57,502 nt of DNA from Candidatus Pullichristensenella excrementigallinarum (GCA_018714825.1 DVMU01000205.1:1-57502), one strand, 5' to 3'; numbered from the stretch's first letter, positions 44,673-54,117 are shown. The notes: a model not told the origin generated them from the sequence alone. Numbers and translations are program-made.

Positions 44673-45535
44673 ACGGCTTCCTCCCCCCGGTGCAATTTTA
44701 ACAGCCGAATAAGCGTTTCCCTCTGCTCGCGACGATCGACAATCGCATCCACAAAGCCGCACTTGAGCTGGAATTCCGCTGTCTGGAACCCTTCGGGAAG
44801 CTTCTGGCGAATGGTCTGCTCAATCACGCGCGGCCCGGCAAATCCGATCAGCGCGCCGGGTTCGGCAAGGGTGATATCCGCGTCCATGGCAAAAGAAGCC
44901 ACGACGCCGCCGGTCGTGGGATCGGTGAGCACGACGATATAGAGATTGCCCGCCTCGCTATGCCGAAGAACCGCCCCGGAGGTCTTAGCCATCTGCATCA
45001 GCGAAAGGATTCCCTCCTGTACCCGCGCTCCGCCCGAAACCGTAAATCCCACCACGGGAAGCGATTTCTCCAGCGCATACTCAAACAGCCGGGCGATCTT
45101 TTCTCCCACGGCGGTTCCCATGCTGCCCATCATGAAATAGGGATTCATGGCAAACAGCGCGACCTCTATCCCGCCGATTTTCGCCGTACCGGTCAGAACG
45201 CCTTCCTTTTCCTTGGAGGCCGTTCGGGCCTTATCCACCTTTTCGGAATAGCCGGGGAATTCCAGCGGATTCCCGGAACACAATTCCCCGTTGATTTCCT
45301 CAAAAGTCCCCTCGTCCGCGATCATGGCCACGCGCCTGCGCGCGCTCAGGCGCAAGTGCTTGGCACATTTGGGGCAGACAAACAGATTCTTTTCCAATTC
45401 CTCCTGCAAAAGCATGGCCTTGCAACCCTTGCAGGCCACATACAGCGCCTCCGGCGCCTGCGGGGAATCGGTTGTCTTGTGCATTGCATCCTCAAGCGTG
45501 ATCTTCGGCTTGCGGAATAGGGATTTGGGAAGCAT
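44651..45535 (-). CDS. accD: acetyl-CoA carboxylase carboxyltransferase subunit beta
   Basis: Zn-ribbon [26 protein letters not shown], then [12 protein letters not shown] and [19 protein letters not shown]. Confidence 0.94.
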   Translation of the reverse strand: MLPKSLFRKPKITLEDAMHKTTDSPQAPEALYVACKGCKAMLLQEELEKNLFVCPKCAKHLRLSARRRVAMIADEGTFEEINGELCSGNPLEFPGYSEKVDKARTASKEKEGVLTGTAKIGGIEVALFAMNPYFMMGSMGTAVGEKIARLFEYALEKSLPVVGFTVSGGARVQEGILSLMQMAKTSGAVLRHSEAGNLYIVVLTDPTTGGVVASFAMDADITLAEPGALIGFAGPRVIEQTIRQKLPEGFQTAEFQLKCGFVDAIVDRREQRETLIRLLKLHRGEEAVCRHGIE

Positions 45536-45547
45536 TGCTTGGCTCCT

Positions 45548-46885
45548 TTACCGGTTTTGTTGGTTGAGATAGGCCGTGGTATAGCTCCCGTCGAGGAAGG
45601 CGTCTTCCCCGATCAGATCGGCCTGGAAAAATCCGGTGTGCTCCACGCCCTCAATCACCAATTCGCACAATGCGGCCTGCATTTTGCGAATGGCCTCCTC
45701 CCGGCTGGAAGCGTGGACAATCATCTTGCCGATCATGGAATCGTAATACGGGGGCACCGTATACCCCTGATACAGCGCCGTATCAAAGCGCACCCAAGGG
45801 CCGCCCGGCACATGCAAAAGCTCGATCTGTCCCGCGCAGGGGCGGAAATTCTCCGCGGGATTTTCCGCGTTGATGCGGCACTCGATGGCGTGCCCCCGCA
45901 ATTTCACATCCTTCTGCGAAAACGGCAAGGTCATTCCGGCCGCCACGCGGATCTGCCACTTGACCAAATCAATGCCCGTGACCATTTCCGTCACCGGATG
46001 CTCTACCTGCAGGCGGGTATTCATTTCCATGAAATAGAAATTGCCTTCCCGATCGAGCAAATATTCGACGGTTCCCACGCCCTCGTATCCCACGGCCAGG
46101 ACCGCCCTTACAGAGGACTGATAGAGTTTTTCGCGCAATTCCGGCGAAACGGCGGTCGAGGGGCTTTCCTCGATCAGCTTCTGGTTTTTGCGCTGCATCG
46201 AGCATTCCCGCTCTCCCAGACAGACGCAGTTGCCCTCCTTGTCCGAAAGCAGCTGGACTTCGATGTGCTTGACGTTTTCCAGGAGCTTTTCCATGTACAC
46301 CGCGCCGTCGCCAAAGGCGCCCAGCGCCTCCGCCGAAGCCGTGCGATAGGCATTTTCCACTTCTTCCAGGCGATCAACCCGGCGAATTCCGCGCCCGCCT
46401 CCGCCGCTTCGCGCCTTGATCAGCAACGGAAAGCCGATTTTTTCGGCCATGGCGCGCGCCTCTTCCGCGCTTCCAAGCACATCCGAACCCGGGACCACCG
46501 GCACGCCCGCCGCCTTCATCGTGCGACGCGCCTCATCCTTGTCTCCCATGCGGCGAATGACCTCGGCAGACGGACCGATAAACTGGATGCGGCACTTGGC
46601 GCACAGATCGGCAAATTCCGCGTTCTCCGAAAGCAGGCCGTATCCCGGATGGATGGCCTGCGCGCCGGAAAGGATGGCCGCGGAGAGAATGGCGCTCATA
46701 TTCAGATAGCTCTTCTGCGCCTGCGCGGGGCCCACGCAATAGCTCTCGTCCGCAAGCGAGACATGCAGCGCATCGCGGTCCGCCTCGGAAAAAACGGCGA
46801 CCGTGCTGATGCCCATCTCCTTGCAGGCGCGAATCACCCGGAGCGCAATCTCGCCCCGGTTGGCAATCAGTATTTTCGGAAACAC
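45548..46885 (-). CDS. accC: acetyl-CoA carboxylase biotin carboxylase subunit
   Basis: 445 aa. KILIANRGEIALRVIRACKEMG, the ATP-grasp block GGGGRGIR, and EMNTRLQVEHPVTE. Confidence 0.96.
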   Translation of the reverse strand: MFPKILIANRGEIALRVIRACKEMGISTVAVFSEADRDALHVSLADESYCVGPAQAQKSYLNMSAILSAAILSGAQAIHPGYGLLSENAEFADLCAKCRIQFIGPSAEVIRRMGDKDEARRTMKAAGVPVVPGSDVLGSAEEARAMAEKIGFPLLIKARSGGGGRGIRRVDRLEEVENAYRTASAEALGAFGDGAVYMEKLLENVKHIEVQLLSDKEGNCVCLGERECSMQRKNQKLIEESPSTAVSPELREKLYQSSVRAVLAVGYEGVGTVEYLLDREGNFYFMEMNTRLQVEHPVTEMVTGIDLVKWQIRVAAGMTLPFSQKDVKLRGHAIECRINAENPAENFRPCAGQIELLHVPGGPWVRFDTALYQGYTVPPYYDSMIGKMIVHASSREEAIRKMQAALCELVIEGVEHTGFFQADLIGEDAFLDGSYTTAYLNQQNR

Positions 46886-46897
46886 CCAAGCGCCCTC

Positions 46898-47314
46898 CTA
46901 ATTCTTTACCAGCATAAAGGAAAGCTCGCCCGAAGCCACGAGCTTGTCTTCGACGCGCGCCTCGCCCCGAATCACATACAAACCGAGCTTGGAACGCAAG
47001 AGCGTCGCGGAAAGGTTCAGGGTGTCCCCCGGGCGGACGATGCCGCGGAAGCGCGCCTTATCGACCCCCGCATAGAGCGCGAGCGAACCTTTGAGCTGCT
47101 CCTGAAAGAGCACGCAGGCGGTCTGCGCCATGATCTCCAGGAGAATTACGCCCGGCACCACGGGGTTTCCCGGAAAATGTCCCCGCAAAAAGAACTCGTC
47201 TCCGCGAACGCGATACGTCCCTTGCGCGGTTCCATCCTCCAGCAGTTCCGCCGAATCCACCAACAACATGTTCTCCCGATGCGGGAGAATCTCCATCAAT
47301 TCTTCGCGATTCAT
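46898..47314 (-). CDS. fabZ: 3-hydroxyacyl-ACP dehydratase FabZ
   Basis: About 138 aa from ATG 47314. ILPHRENMLLVD, FFLRGHFPGNPVVPGVILLEIMAQT. Confidence 0.92.
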   Translation of the reverse strand: MNREELMEILPHRENMLLVDSAELLEDGTAQGTYRVRGDEFFLRGHFPGNPVVPGVILLEIMAQTACVLFQEQLKGSLALYAGVDKARFRGIVRPGDTLNLSATLLRSKLGLYVIRGEARVEDKLVASGELSFMLVKN

Positions 47315-47324
47315 ACAAACGCCC

Positions 47325-47774
47325 CTACAGCAGCATAAACAGTTTCTGGCCGAATTCCACCACGTCGCCGTTGCGCGCGCAGACATCCAGAATTTCCCCG
47401 TCCTGTTCGGCGACGATTTCGTTCATCAGTTTCATCGCCTCGATGATGCACAGGACGTCTCCCTTTTTGACGCGCTTGCCCACGCGCACATACGGCTCCG
47501 CCTCCGGGGAAGGCGCGGCGTAGAACACGCCCACCATCGGACTTTTGATCTCCACGGCGTTGTTGAAATCCACGCCCGCGCCGGGCGCGTCCTGCGCCGG
47601 AACGGAAGGCGCGGCGGGAATCGGCGCCGCGGCAGCCGTTTCCTCCACCGCCGGAGCGGCCGCGGTCACGGTTCGCTCCATGCGGATGTGGCTGTCGCCC
47701 TCATGGATCTCCAGCGCGGACAGATCGTTTTGCTTGAGAAGCTGCGCCAGCTCCTTAATCTCTTCAATATTCAT
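47325..47774 (-). CDS. accB: acetyl-CoA carboxylase biotin carboxyl carrier protein
   Basis: About 149 aa from ATG 47774. MNIEEIKELAQLLKQNDLS, an Ala/Pro linker, and the biotinylation motif IEAMKLMNEI. Confidence 0.93.
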   Translation of the reverse strand: MNIEEIKELAQLLKQNDLSALEIHEGDSHIRMERTVTAAAPAVEETAAAAPIPAAPSVPAQDAPGAGVDFNNAVEIKSPMVGVFYAAPSPEAEPYVRVGKRVKKGDVLCIIEAMKLMNEIVAEQDGEILDVCARNGDVVEFGQKLFMLL

Positions 47775-49006
47775 GCAATCCTCCTCATGGCGATCACGGC
47801 GTTGTGCCCTCCGAATCCCAGAGACAGGCTCAAGGCCATTTCCGCCTGGCAGTGCAGCGCCTGATTGGGCAGGTAGTTGAGATCGCATTCCGGATCGGGG
47901 CAATCGAGGTGGATTGTCGGCGGCAATTCGCCCGTTTCCAGAGCTTTCGCGCATACCACCGCTTCCACAGCGCCCGCCGCGCCGAGCATGTGTCCCGTCA
48001 TGGACTTGGTAGAGCTGATCAGCATTTCCCGGGCGCGTTCTTCCCCCAGCGCCCGCTTGAGCACCAAGGTTTCGACCTTGTCGTTCAAGGGCGTGCCCGT
48101 TCCGTGCGCGTTGACGTAGACCGACGCGTCGGGAAGTCCGCCGGCCTCTTCCACGGCCAGGCGAACCGCTTCCATACCGCCCTCTCCTTCCGGATGCGGA
48201 GCGGTGATGTGGTGCGCGTCGCAGGTATTCCCATAGCCGACCAATTCCGCATACATCTTTGCGCCGCGCGCCCTGGCATGTTCGTACTCTTCCAGCACCA
48301 GCACGCCCGCGCCTTCGCCGAGCACAAAGCCCTTGCGCCGCGCGTCAAAGGGCAAAGAGGCGCATTCGGGATCTTCCGATTCGCTCAAGGCCTTTAAATT
48401 GGTAAAGCCCGCGATGGCCAAAGGCGTCACCGTGGCCTCTGCGCCGCCGGCCAGGATCGCGTCCGCATATCCGTGCTTGATCGCGCGGAACGCCTCGCCA
48501 ACGGCATGGGACGAGGTGGCGCAGGCCGTCACGACCGGCAGGCACGGTCCCTTGGCTCCATAGCGGATCGCGATGTTTCCCGAAGCGATGTTGCCAATCA
48601 TCATCGGCACAAAAAACGGAGAAACGCGCCCCGGCCCGCGATCGCGCAGCTTGTACGCCTCGTTGACAAAGGTTTCCATGCCGCCGATGCCGCTGCCCAC
48701 ATACACGCCCAGCCTGTTTTCCGGCACCGTTCCCAGGATTCCCGATTCCTGCACCGCCTGTTCGGCGGCAGCCAGCGCATACTGCGTAAACAGATCGCAG
48801 CGGCGCGCCAATCCCTTCTCGATTCCAAAATCCTCCGGCTGAAATCCCTGAACCTCCGCAGCGAGCTTTACCTTGTATTCCGTCGTATCAAACCGGGAAA
48901 TCGGGCAGATCCCCGAACGCCCCGCGAGGAGATTTGAAAAGAACGCCTCCGTGGAGTTTCCAACCGGGCTGATTACGCCCATGCCGGTGATGACCACTCT
49001 GTTCAT
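47771..49006 (-). CDS. fabF: beta-ketoacyl-ACP synthase II
   Basis: 411 aa. RVVITGMGVISPVGN, the active-site Cys context VVTACATSSHAVG, and NAHGTGTPLND..HMLGAAGA. Confidence 0.95.
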   Translation of the reverse strand: MNRVVITGMGVISPVGNSTEAFFSNLLAGRSGICPISRFDTTEYKVKLAAEVQGFQPEDFGIEKGLARRCDLFTQYALAAAEQAVQESGILGTVPENRLGVYVGSGIGGMETFVNEAYKLRDRGPGRVSPFFVPMMIGNIASGNIAIRYGAKGPCLPVVTACATSSHAVGEAFRAIKHGYADAILAGGAEATVTPLAIAGFTNLKALSESEDPECASLPFDARRKGFVLGEGAGVLVLEEYEHARARGAKMYAELVGYGNTCDAHHITAPHPEGEGGMEAVRLAVEEAGGLPDASVYVNAHGTGTPLNDKVETLVLKRALGEERAREMLISSTKSMTGHMLGAAGAVEAVVCAKALETGELPPTIHLDCPDPECDLNYLPNQALHCQAEMALSLSLGFGGHNAVIAMRRIA

Positions 49007-49015
49007 GTTTCCACC

Positions 49016-49756
49016 TCACATATTCAATCCGCCGTCGATCGGAATGACCGCGCCGGTGATATAGGCCGCCTCGTCCCCCGCGAGAAACGCCGCCAGCGCG
49101 GCAATTTCCTCGGGCTTGGCCATGCGCTTGAGCGGCACGCTGCCCAGCGCCGCTTCCAATGTCTGTTCGTTCATGGCCCGCGTCATGTCCGTTTCGACAA
49201 ATCCGGGGGCGATGGCATTGCAGGTGACGTTGCGCGCCGCCAATTCCTTGGCGACGGTCTTTGTAAGTCCGATCAATCCCGCCTTGGCCGCGGCATAGTT
49301 GGCCTGACCGGGATTGCCCATCAATCCTGAAACCGAAGTAATGTTGACAATGCGTCCCTGCCGCTTTTTGACAAAATCGGGGGAAAGCAGGCGGATCATG
49401 TGAAACGCGCCCTGCAAATTGACGCGCACCACCTGCTCAAATTCCTCCGGAGACATGCGCAAAATCAATTTGTCCCGGGTAATTCCGGCGTTGTTGACCA
49501 GGATATCGATCGGCCCGAGTTCTTCCTTGATGACTTTGACCGCGTCCTGCGCCTGCGCATAATCACCCACGTCCGCCTTGGCCATTGCGCCTTTGCGCCC
49601 CAGCGCGCGGATTTCTTCGAGCGTCTCGGCCGCCGCCTGCTCGTTTCCCGCATAAATTATGCCGACGTCAGCCCCTTCCTGCGCCATGCGCAGGGCGATT
49701 GCCTTGCCGATGCCGCGCGAACCGCCCGTCACCAGCGCCACTTTTTCTGTCAACAT
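49016..49756 (-). CDS. fabG: 3-oxoacyl-ACP reductase
   Basis: 246 aa, SDR type. ALVTGGSRGIGKAIA, NNAGITRD, YAAAKAG. Confidence 0.93.
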   Translation of the reverse strand: MLTEKVALVTGGSRGIGKAIALRMAQEGADVGIIYAGNEQAAAETLEEIRALGRKGAMAKADVGDYAQAQDAVKVIKEELGPIDILVNNAGITRDKLILRMSPEEFEQVVRVNLQGAFHMIRLLSPDFVKKRQGRIVNITSVSGLMGNPGQANYAAAKAGLIGLTKTVAKELAARNVTCNAIAPGFVETDMTRAMNEQTLEAALGSVPLKRMAKPEEIAALAAFLAGDEAAYITGAVIPIDGGLNM

Positions 49757-50676
49757 GCGTTCCTCCGAACCGTTTCAAGGGCCTTGTTAAGCCCCTCGCT
49801 GTCTTCAACATTGATCCAGGTCTTTTCGGGAGCCATGCGCCTTCCCAGCCCTGTGAGCGTCGCACCCGGGCCAAGCTCCACAAACGTCTCCGCGCCTTGC
49901 CGGAGCATGGCTTCGATCGTCCTTTGCCATTGTACCGGCGAAGCGGCCTGGCGGGAAAGCCATTCCCGAGCCACGTCCTTGTTGTATGGCTCGGCAGTCA
50001 AATTGGCATAGAGAGGGATCTGCGCCTCGCGCAGGCCCACGCCCTCCAGCGCATCTGAGAGCGCCTGACGAGCGTCCTCCATGTACGGCGAATGAAATGC
50101 GCCGCTGACCTTCAGCCGCATCGCGCGCCCACCGGCCTGCTTGACACGGGCCTCAAACGCCTCGACCTCATCGCGCGAAGAGGCCACGACCGTCTGCCCC
50201 GGCGCATTGAAATTGACCGGATAGACTTCCCGGAACTCCGCGGCCAGATCCTGTACCTGTTCCGCGGAAAGCTTGAGCACCGCGGTCATCGCGCCCGGAT
50301 GGCGCAGGGCGCAATCGTCCATGCGTTCTGCGCGCAGAATGACCAAGCGGAATGCGTCTTCCGGCGTCAAAAGCCCGGTCAGCGCGGCGGCTGCCCACTC
50401 TCCCAACGAAAAGCCCGCGCACATATCCGGGCTCAATCCCGCCTCCGTGGCCGCCACGGCGCAGGCCAAATCCGCCAGAAACAGGCAGGGCTGGGTATGA
50501 ATGGTGCGATTGAGCGTTTCCTGTTCGCCTGCAAAGCACGTCTGCAGCGTTCCCGGCCGCAGCATCTCCAAGGAATCCAACAGCTTCTTCGCCGCCGGGG
50601 AGCTCTCATAGAAGCTCTTGCCCATTCCGGGCTTCTGCGCGCCCTGTCCCGCCAGCAAAAACGCTATCTTACCCAT
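49750..50676 (-). CDS. fabD: malonyl CoA-ACP transacylase
   Basis: 308 aa. FLLAGQGAQKPGMG, and the active-site context GFSLGEWAA. Confidence 0.93.
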   Translation of the reverse strand: MGKIAFLLAGQGAQKPGMGKSFYESSPAAKKLLDSLEMLRPGTLQTCFAGEQETLNRTIHTQPCLFLADLACAVAATEAGLSPDMCAGFSLGEWAAAALTGLLTPEDAFRLVILRAERMDDCALRHPGAMTAVLKLSAEQVQDLAAEFREVYPVNFNAPGQTVVASSRDEVEAFEARVKQAGGRAMRLKVSGAFHSPYMEDARQALSDALEGVGLREAQIPLYANLTAEPYNKDVAREWLSRQAASPVQWQRTIEAMLRQGAETFVELGPGATLTGLGRRMAPEKTWINVEDSEGLNKALETVRRNAC

Positions 50677-51611
50677 TTGCCTGCCTCCGAGAGAAGCCGT
50701 TCCGCTCCCTGCATCATTTCCTGGACGATCTCGCTCGCGGGCTGGATCTTCTTGACCAGCGCGGCGATCTGTCCGGCCATAAAGCTGCCTTCCTCCAGGT
50801 TCCCATCGATTGCGGCCTTGCGCATCGCGCCGGTGCCGAGCTTTTCGATTTCCTCATTGGAAACCGTGGAATCATATTCCATTTCCGCCATGCGCCGGGT
50901 CAGAGGCGTCTTGAACGCGCGCACCGGATGGCCCAGCCTGCGGCCGGTTACGCCGGTATCGATATCGCGCGCCTTGAGGACCTTTTCCTTGTAATTGATG
51001 TGAATCTGGCACTCCTCCGCGCACAAAAACCGCGTTCCCACCTGCACGCCCTCGGCGCCCAGCATAAACGCTGCCGCCACGCCGCGTCCGTCGGCAATGC
51101 CGCCCGCAGCCAGGACGGGAATCTGTACCGCGTCCACCACCTGGGGAACCAGCGCCATTGTGGTCAATTCGCCCACATGCCCGCCGGATTCGCATCCTTC
51201 GGCGATAACCGCCACCGCGCCCTCGCGCTCCACGCGCCGGGCAATGGCCGTCGAGGGAACCACGGGAACCACCTTGATGCCCGCGGGCACCCAATTCTTC
51301 ATATACTTCCCGGGAAGGCCCGCGCCCGTCGTCACCACGGGAACCTTTTCCTCCAGCACGACCTGCGCCACTTCCTCAACGTGCGGGCTCATGAGCATCA
51401 CGTTCACGCCGAAGGGCTTGTCGGTGCGTTCGCGGCAGGCGCGGATTTGGCCGCGCAGATAATCCGCGTCCAGGTTCATTGCCGAAATGATGCCCAGGCC
51501 TCCCGCATTGGAAACGGCGGAGGCGAGAATGGCCTCGCTGACCCAGGCCATTCCCCCCTGAAAGAGCGGATAGCGAATGCCCAGCGCTTGCGTTACCCTT
51601 GTCTCCATCAT
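50664..51611 (-). CDS. fabK: enoyl-ACP reductase II (FMN-dependent, nitronate monooxygenase fold)
   Basis: 315 aa. YPLFQGGMAWVS, ESGGHVG, AAGGIADGRG. It sits in the FabK slot of the fab cluster. Confidence 0.88.
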   Translation of the reverse strand: MMETRVTQALGIRYPLFQGGMAWVSEAILASAVSNAGGLGIISAMNLDADYLRGQIRACRERTDKPFGVNVMLMSPHVEEVAQVVLEEKVPVVTTGAGLPGKYMKNWVPAGIKVVPVVPSTAIARRVEREGAVAVIAEGCESGGHVGELTTMALVPQVVDAVQIPVLAAGGIADGRGVAAAFMLGAEGVQVGTRFLCAEECQIHINYKEKVLKARDIDTGVTGRRLGHPVRAFKTPLTRRMAEMEYDSTVSNEEIEKLGTGAMRKAAIDGNLEEGSFMAGQIAALVKKIQPASEIVQEMMQGAERLLSEAGKWVR

Positions 51612-51835
51612 TATGCCTTCGCCTCTTCGATCCGGGCCACCATGTCCTTGACGGTCTTGACTTCCTGATCGATCTCGATGGAGATCTCGAATTCGTCTTC
51701 AAACGCCATGACCAGTTCCGCAACGTCCAAAGAGTCCACTTTCAGCTCTTCAAACGTGGATTCGGGCTTGATTTCCGAAATATCGATTCCCTTGTGCTCC
51801 GCCAAAAGTTCCGCAACCTTGTTGAACGTATCCAT
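51611..51835 (-). CDS. acpP: acyl carrier protein
   Basis: 74 aa, with phosphopantetheine site LKVDSLDVAELVMAFEDEF. Confidence 0.95.
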   Translation of the reverse strand: MDTFNKVAELLAEHKGIDISEIKPESTFEELKVDSLDVAELVMAFEDEFEISIEIDQEVKTVKDMVARIEEAKA

Positions 51836-51929
51836 CTTGCATATCCTCCCAAAATATTTATGTGGAATTCAGAATTGCCCGCAAATTCCAAAGCCTATCT
51901 TTTCCCGGACTTTGGGGATGCCCGCAATC

Positions 51930-52883
51930 CTAAAGTGTCCATCGAAGAAGCGCCGCGCCCGTGGACAATCCCGCGCCGAAGGCGCTCATGGCGATCAGGT
52001 CCCCGGTTTTGAGCTTGCCCGCGCGGTTTAACTCGTCCAGGAGAATCGGCACACTGGCCGAGGAAGTGTTGCCCGTGCGCTCGATATTGTGGGGAAACTT
52101 TGCCTCCGGCTGATGAAGCCTGTGGCGCACGGCCTCCACAATGCGCAAATTCGCCTGATGCAGCAGATAGTGATCGATTTCGTCCGGCGTTTTTCCCGCC
52201 CGCTCGATCAGCTCGAGCAGATCCCTGGAAGAATGGGAAACCGCGAATTTATAGACTTCCTGCCCCGCCATGTGCAGCGGCGTAAGCGGATGCTTTTCGC
52301 GCTCATACGGGCTGTTTCCGGGATCACCATAGGCGTAGAGGATCGGTTCGTTTGATTGCGCGAACAACTTGGTCCCGATCAGGCCGTCTCCCTCGCCGAC
52401 CACCACCGCTCCTGCGCCGTCGCCAAAGAGCACGCAGGTCGAACGATCCTTCCAATCGCAAAAGCGCGAGAGCGCCTCCGCGCTGACAATGAGGATGGTC
52501 TTGGCCTTTTTCGAAGCGATGAAGGCGTCCGCCGTATCCAGCGCATAGAGAAATCCCGCACAGGCCGCGTTCAAATCAAAGGCCGGACAATGCGCGCCGA
52601 TCGCGCCCTGCACCATGCAGGCCGTGGCGGGCGTGACCGCCTCGCCCTTGGCGGTAGTGACCAGAATCATATCCAAATCTTCCGCGGCCACCTTTGCGTT
52701 TTCCAGCGCGTTCTCCGCCGCCCGATTCGCCAGATCCAGCAGCGTTTCCTCTGAAAGCACGCGCCGCTCCCGAATTCCCGTGCGCGTCGAAATCCATTCG
52801 TCGCTGGTATCCAAAAAGAGCGTCAGATCATCGTTGCACACGACTTTCTCCGGAAGCGCCGAACCGGTTCCCAAGATCTTCAA
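51930..52883 (-). CDS. fabH: beta-ketoacyl-ACP synthase III
   Basis: KILGTGSALPEK, the active-site Cys context LNAACAGFLYAL, HQANLRI, GNTSSASVP. I prefer TTG 52883, 7 nt after GGGAGGA and overlapping the regulator stop (TTGA). The ORF-track start is 52904. Confidence 0.93.
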   Translation of the reverse strand: MKILGTGSALPEKVVCNDDLTLFLDTSDEWISTRTGIRERRVLSEETLLDLANRAAENALENAKVAAEDLDMILVTTAKGEAVTPATACMVQGAIGAHCPAFDLNAACAGFLYALDTADAFIASKKAKTILIVSAEALSRFCDWKDRSTCVLFGDGAGAVVVGEGDGLIGTKLFAQSNEPILYAYGDPGNSPYEREKHPLTPLHMAGQEVYKFAVSHSSRDLLELIERAGKTPDEIDHYLLHQANLRIVEAVRHRLHQPEAKFPHNIERTGNTSSASVPILLDELNRAGKLKTGDLIAMSAFGAGLSTGAALLRWTL

Positions 52884-53362
52884 TGTTCCGTCCTCCCTTG
52901 GCAATTTTCAAATTGCTCCACTTCTCCCTGGAGGAATTCGTTGAGCGCCCTGATCACTTCAATCAGCACCGGGCGCTGCTCCTGGCTCACCTTGGCACAT
53001 ACCGCCTTGAGCATTTGCCGATGAAAATATCGATGCGCCACTTCCGCGCGTCGCCCTGCCTCGGTAAGATGTACATAGACCCGCCGACCATCTTCTCGGC
53101 TCCGGTCTTTCGTCACATACCCCTTGTTTTCCAGCTTCTTGATGGCGATGGTCACGGAAGGAAGCGTAATCTGCATTTCCTGCGCGATGTCGGTGATGTT
53201 TACGCCGTCATTTCCACCCTTGCCGATGCTTTCAATGATGTGCATTTCCCGAATGGTCAGGCTCCCGGCGCTGAGCGTTTTGAGCATGGCTTCCTCGACC
53301 TTGGTAATGGAGCGATAAGTACTGACAAAGAGCGTATTGAGCTCCTTCGCAAAGTCATCCAT
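52880..53362 (-). CDS. fabT: MarR-family transcriptional regulator, FabT-like fatty-acid synthesis repressor
   Basis: Winged-helix MarR core LTIREMHIIESIG..ITDIAQEMQITLPSVTIAIKKLENKGYV. It is the first gene of the fab cluster, as in streptococcal fabT. ATG 53362 follows GGAGAGGA; TTG 53368 is an alternative start. Confidence 0.7.
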   Translation of the reverse strand: MDDFAKELNTLFVSTYRSITKVEEAMLKTLSAGSLTIREMHIIESIGKGGNDGVNITDIAQEMQITLPSVTIAIKKLENKGYVTKDRSREDGRRVYVHLTEAGRRAEVAHRYFHRQMLKAVCAKVSQEQRPVLIEVIRALNEFLQGEVEQFENCQGRTEH

Positions 53363-53390
53363 GCACAATCCTCTCCGCCCGACATTCTGA

Positions 53391-53411
53391 AATTAGTTTG
53401 ATAAACTAATT
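53391..53411. promoter_or_regulatory. 21-bp perfect palindromic operator (candidate FabT box)
   Basis: AATTAGTTT-GAT-AAACTAATT has 9-nt perfect arms and a 3-nt spacer. It overlaps the -10 hexamer and start region of the fabT promoter. Its half-site AGTTTGA resembles the streptococcal FabT box. Confidence 0.6.
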
Positions 53412-53436
53412 ATAGGATTCAGACACAATTTGTCAA
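53409..53436 (-). promoter_or_regulatory. near-consensus sigma-A promoter of the fab cluster
   Basis: Minus strand reads TTGACA - 16 nt - TATAAT. Confidence 0.7.
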
Positions 53437-53482
53437 CCGCTTCCAGCGTTCGGATGCGTTAAAGCTCTGTTGGAATTTCCGC

Positions 53483-53533
53483 AAAAAATACCCTGTGCGA
53501 CCGCAGAAGCAGAACTTCTACATTCGCACAGGG
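53483..53533 (-). terminator. rho-independent terminator after the DUF2975 gene
   Basis: Minus strand reads CCCTGTGCGA ... TCGCACAGGG, a 10-bp stem whose large loop holds an inner AGAAG/CTTCT hairpin. TATTTTTT follows. Confidence 0.65.
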
Positions 53534-53564
53534 CGCCAGCAAAAAGCTTCCTTTGCGCCGCGGA

Positions 53565-54047
53565 TCAAAGCGGCAAATTCTCTTCTCCCCGAGTTTCTGC
53601 GGCGCGTCGCACCAAATTGGACAGCGCAGTGGCCAGCATTGCCGCCAGCACAAATACCACCGTCCAAAACAGCAGGCAGGCAATGATAAACAGGCTGATA
53701 AATCCCGAACCGACGATCATGGCCAGGCAAAGTGCCAATAATGCCGCAATTCCCAGCATCAACCATCCGATGATGTTCAATGCGCGGACATTCTGTTGAG
53801 AAAAGGAATTGTCGCGCCCAATCTCCGTGCAAATTTTCCAAAATTGCCAAAGCGCCAAGAGGCACATCAGCAGAACACCACCGTCGCAGATCATTCCCGG
53901 CCAATAGATTTTCGAAAGCTCGGGATATCTCTCGCACGCCCAACCGATCCGCATCGGGATATACCATCCGCCCAACGCCAAACCGATCAGTCCGGCGATG
54001 ACGCCTGCGATTTTGAGCATCCTTTCCGGATTTCTCTTCATATCCAA
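53565..54047 (-). CDS. DUF2975-like four-TM membrane protein
   Basis: 160 aa with four hydrophobic helices. The central amphipathic block EIGRDNSFSQQNVRALNIIGW resembles the DUF2975 signature. By eye it is more AT-rich than its neighbours. Confidence 0.6.
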   Translation of the reverse strand: MDMKRNPERMLKIAGVIAGLIGLALGGWYIPMRIGWACERYPELSKIYWPGMICDGGVLLMCLLALWQFWKICTEIGRDNSFSQQNVRALNIIGWLMLGIAALLALCLAMIVGSGFISLFIIACLLFWTVVFVLAAMLATALSNLVRRAAETRGEENLPL

Positions 54048-54088
54048 ACCTTTCTCCGCCGCGCGGTTCCTTGCTGCAATTTATCAGC

Positions 54089-54117
54089 ATTATACCGCAA
54101 AAATCTCGGAATGGCAA
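54089..54117 (-). promoter_or_regulatory. sigma-A type promoter of the DUF2975 gene
   Basis: Minus strand reads TTGCCA - 17 nt - TATAAT. Confidence 0.6.

Noticed and set aside
51836-51929. The 94-nt gap between fabH and acpP, considered as a second FabT operator or internal promoter.
   Set aside because: It has no copy of the AGTTTGA-type palindrome, only a weak GGAATT..AATTCC inverted repeat. It has no convincing -35/-10 pair.
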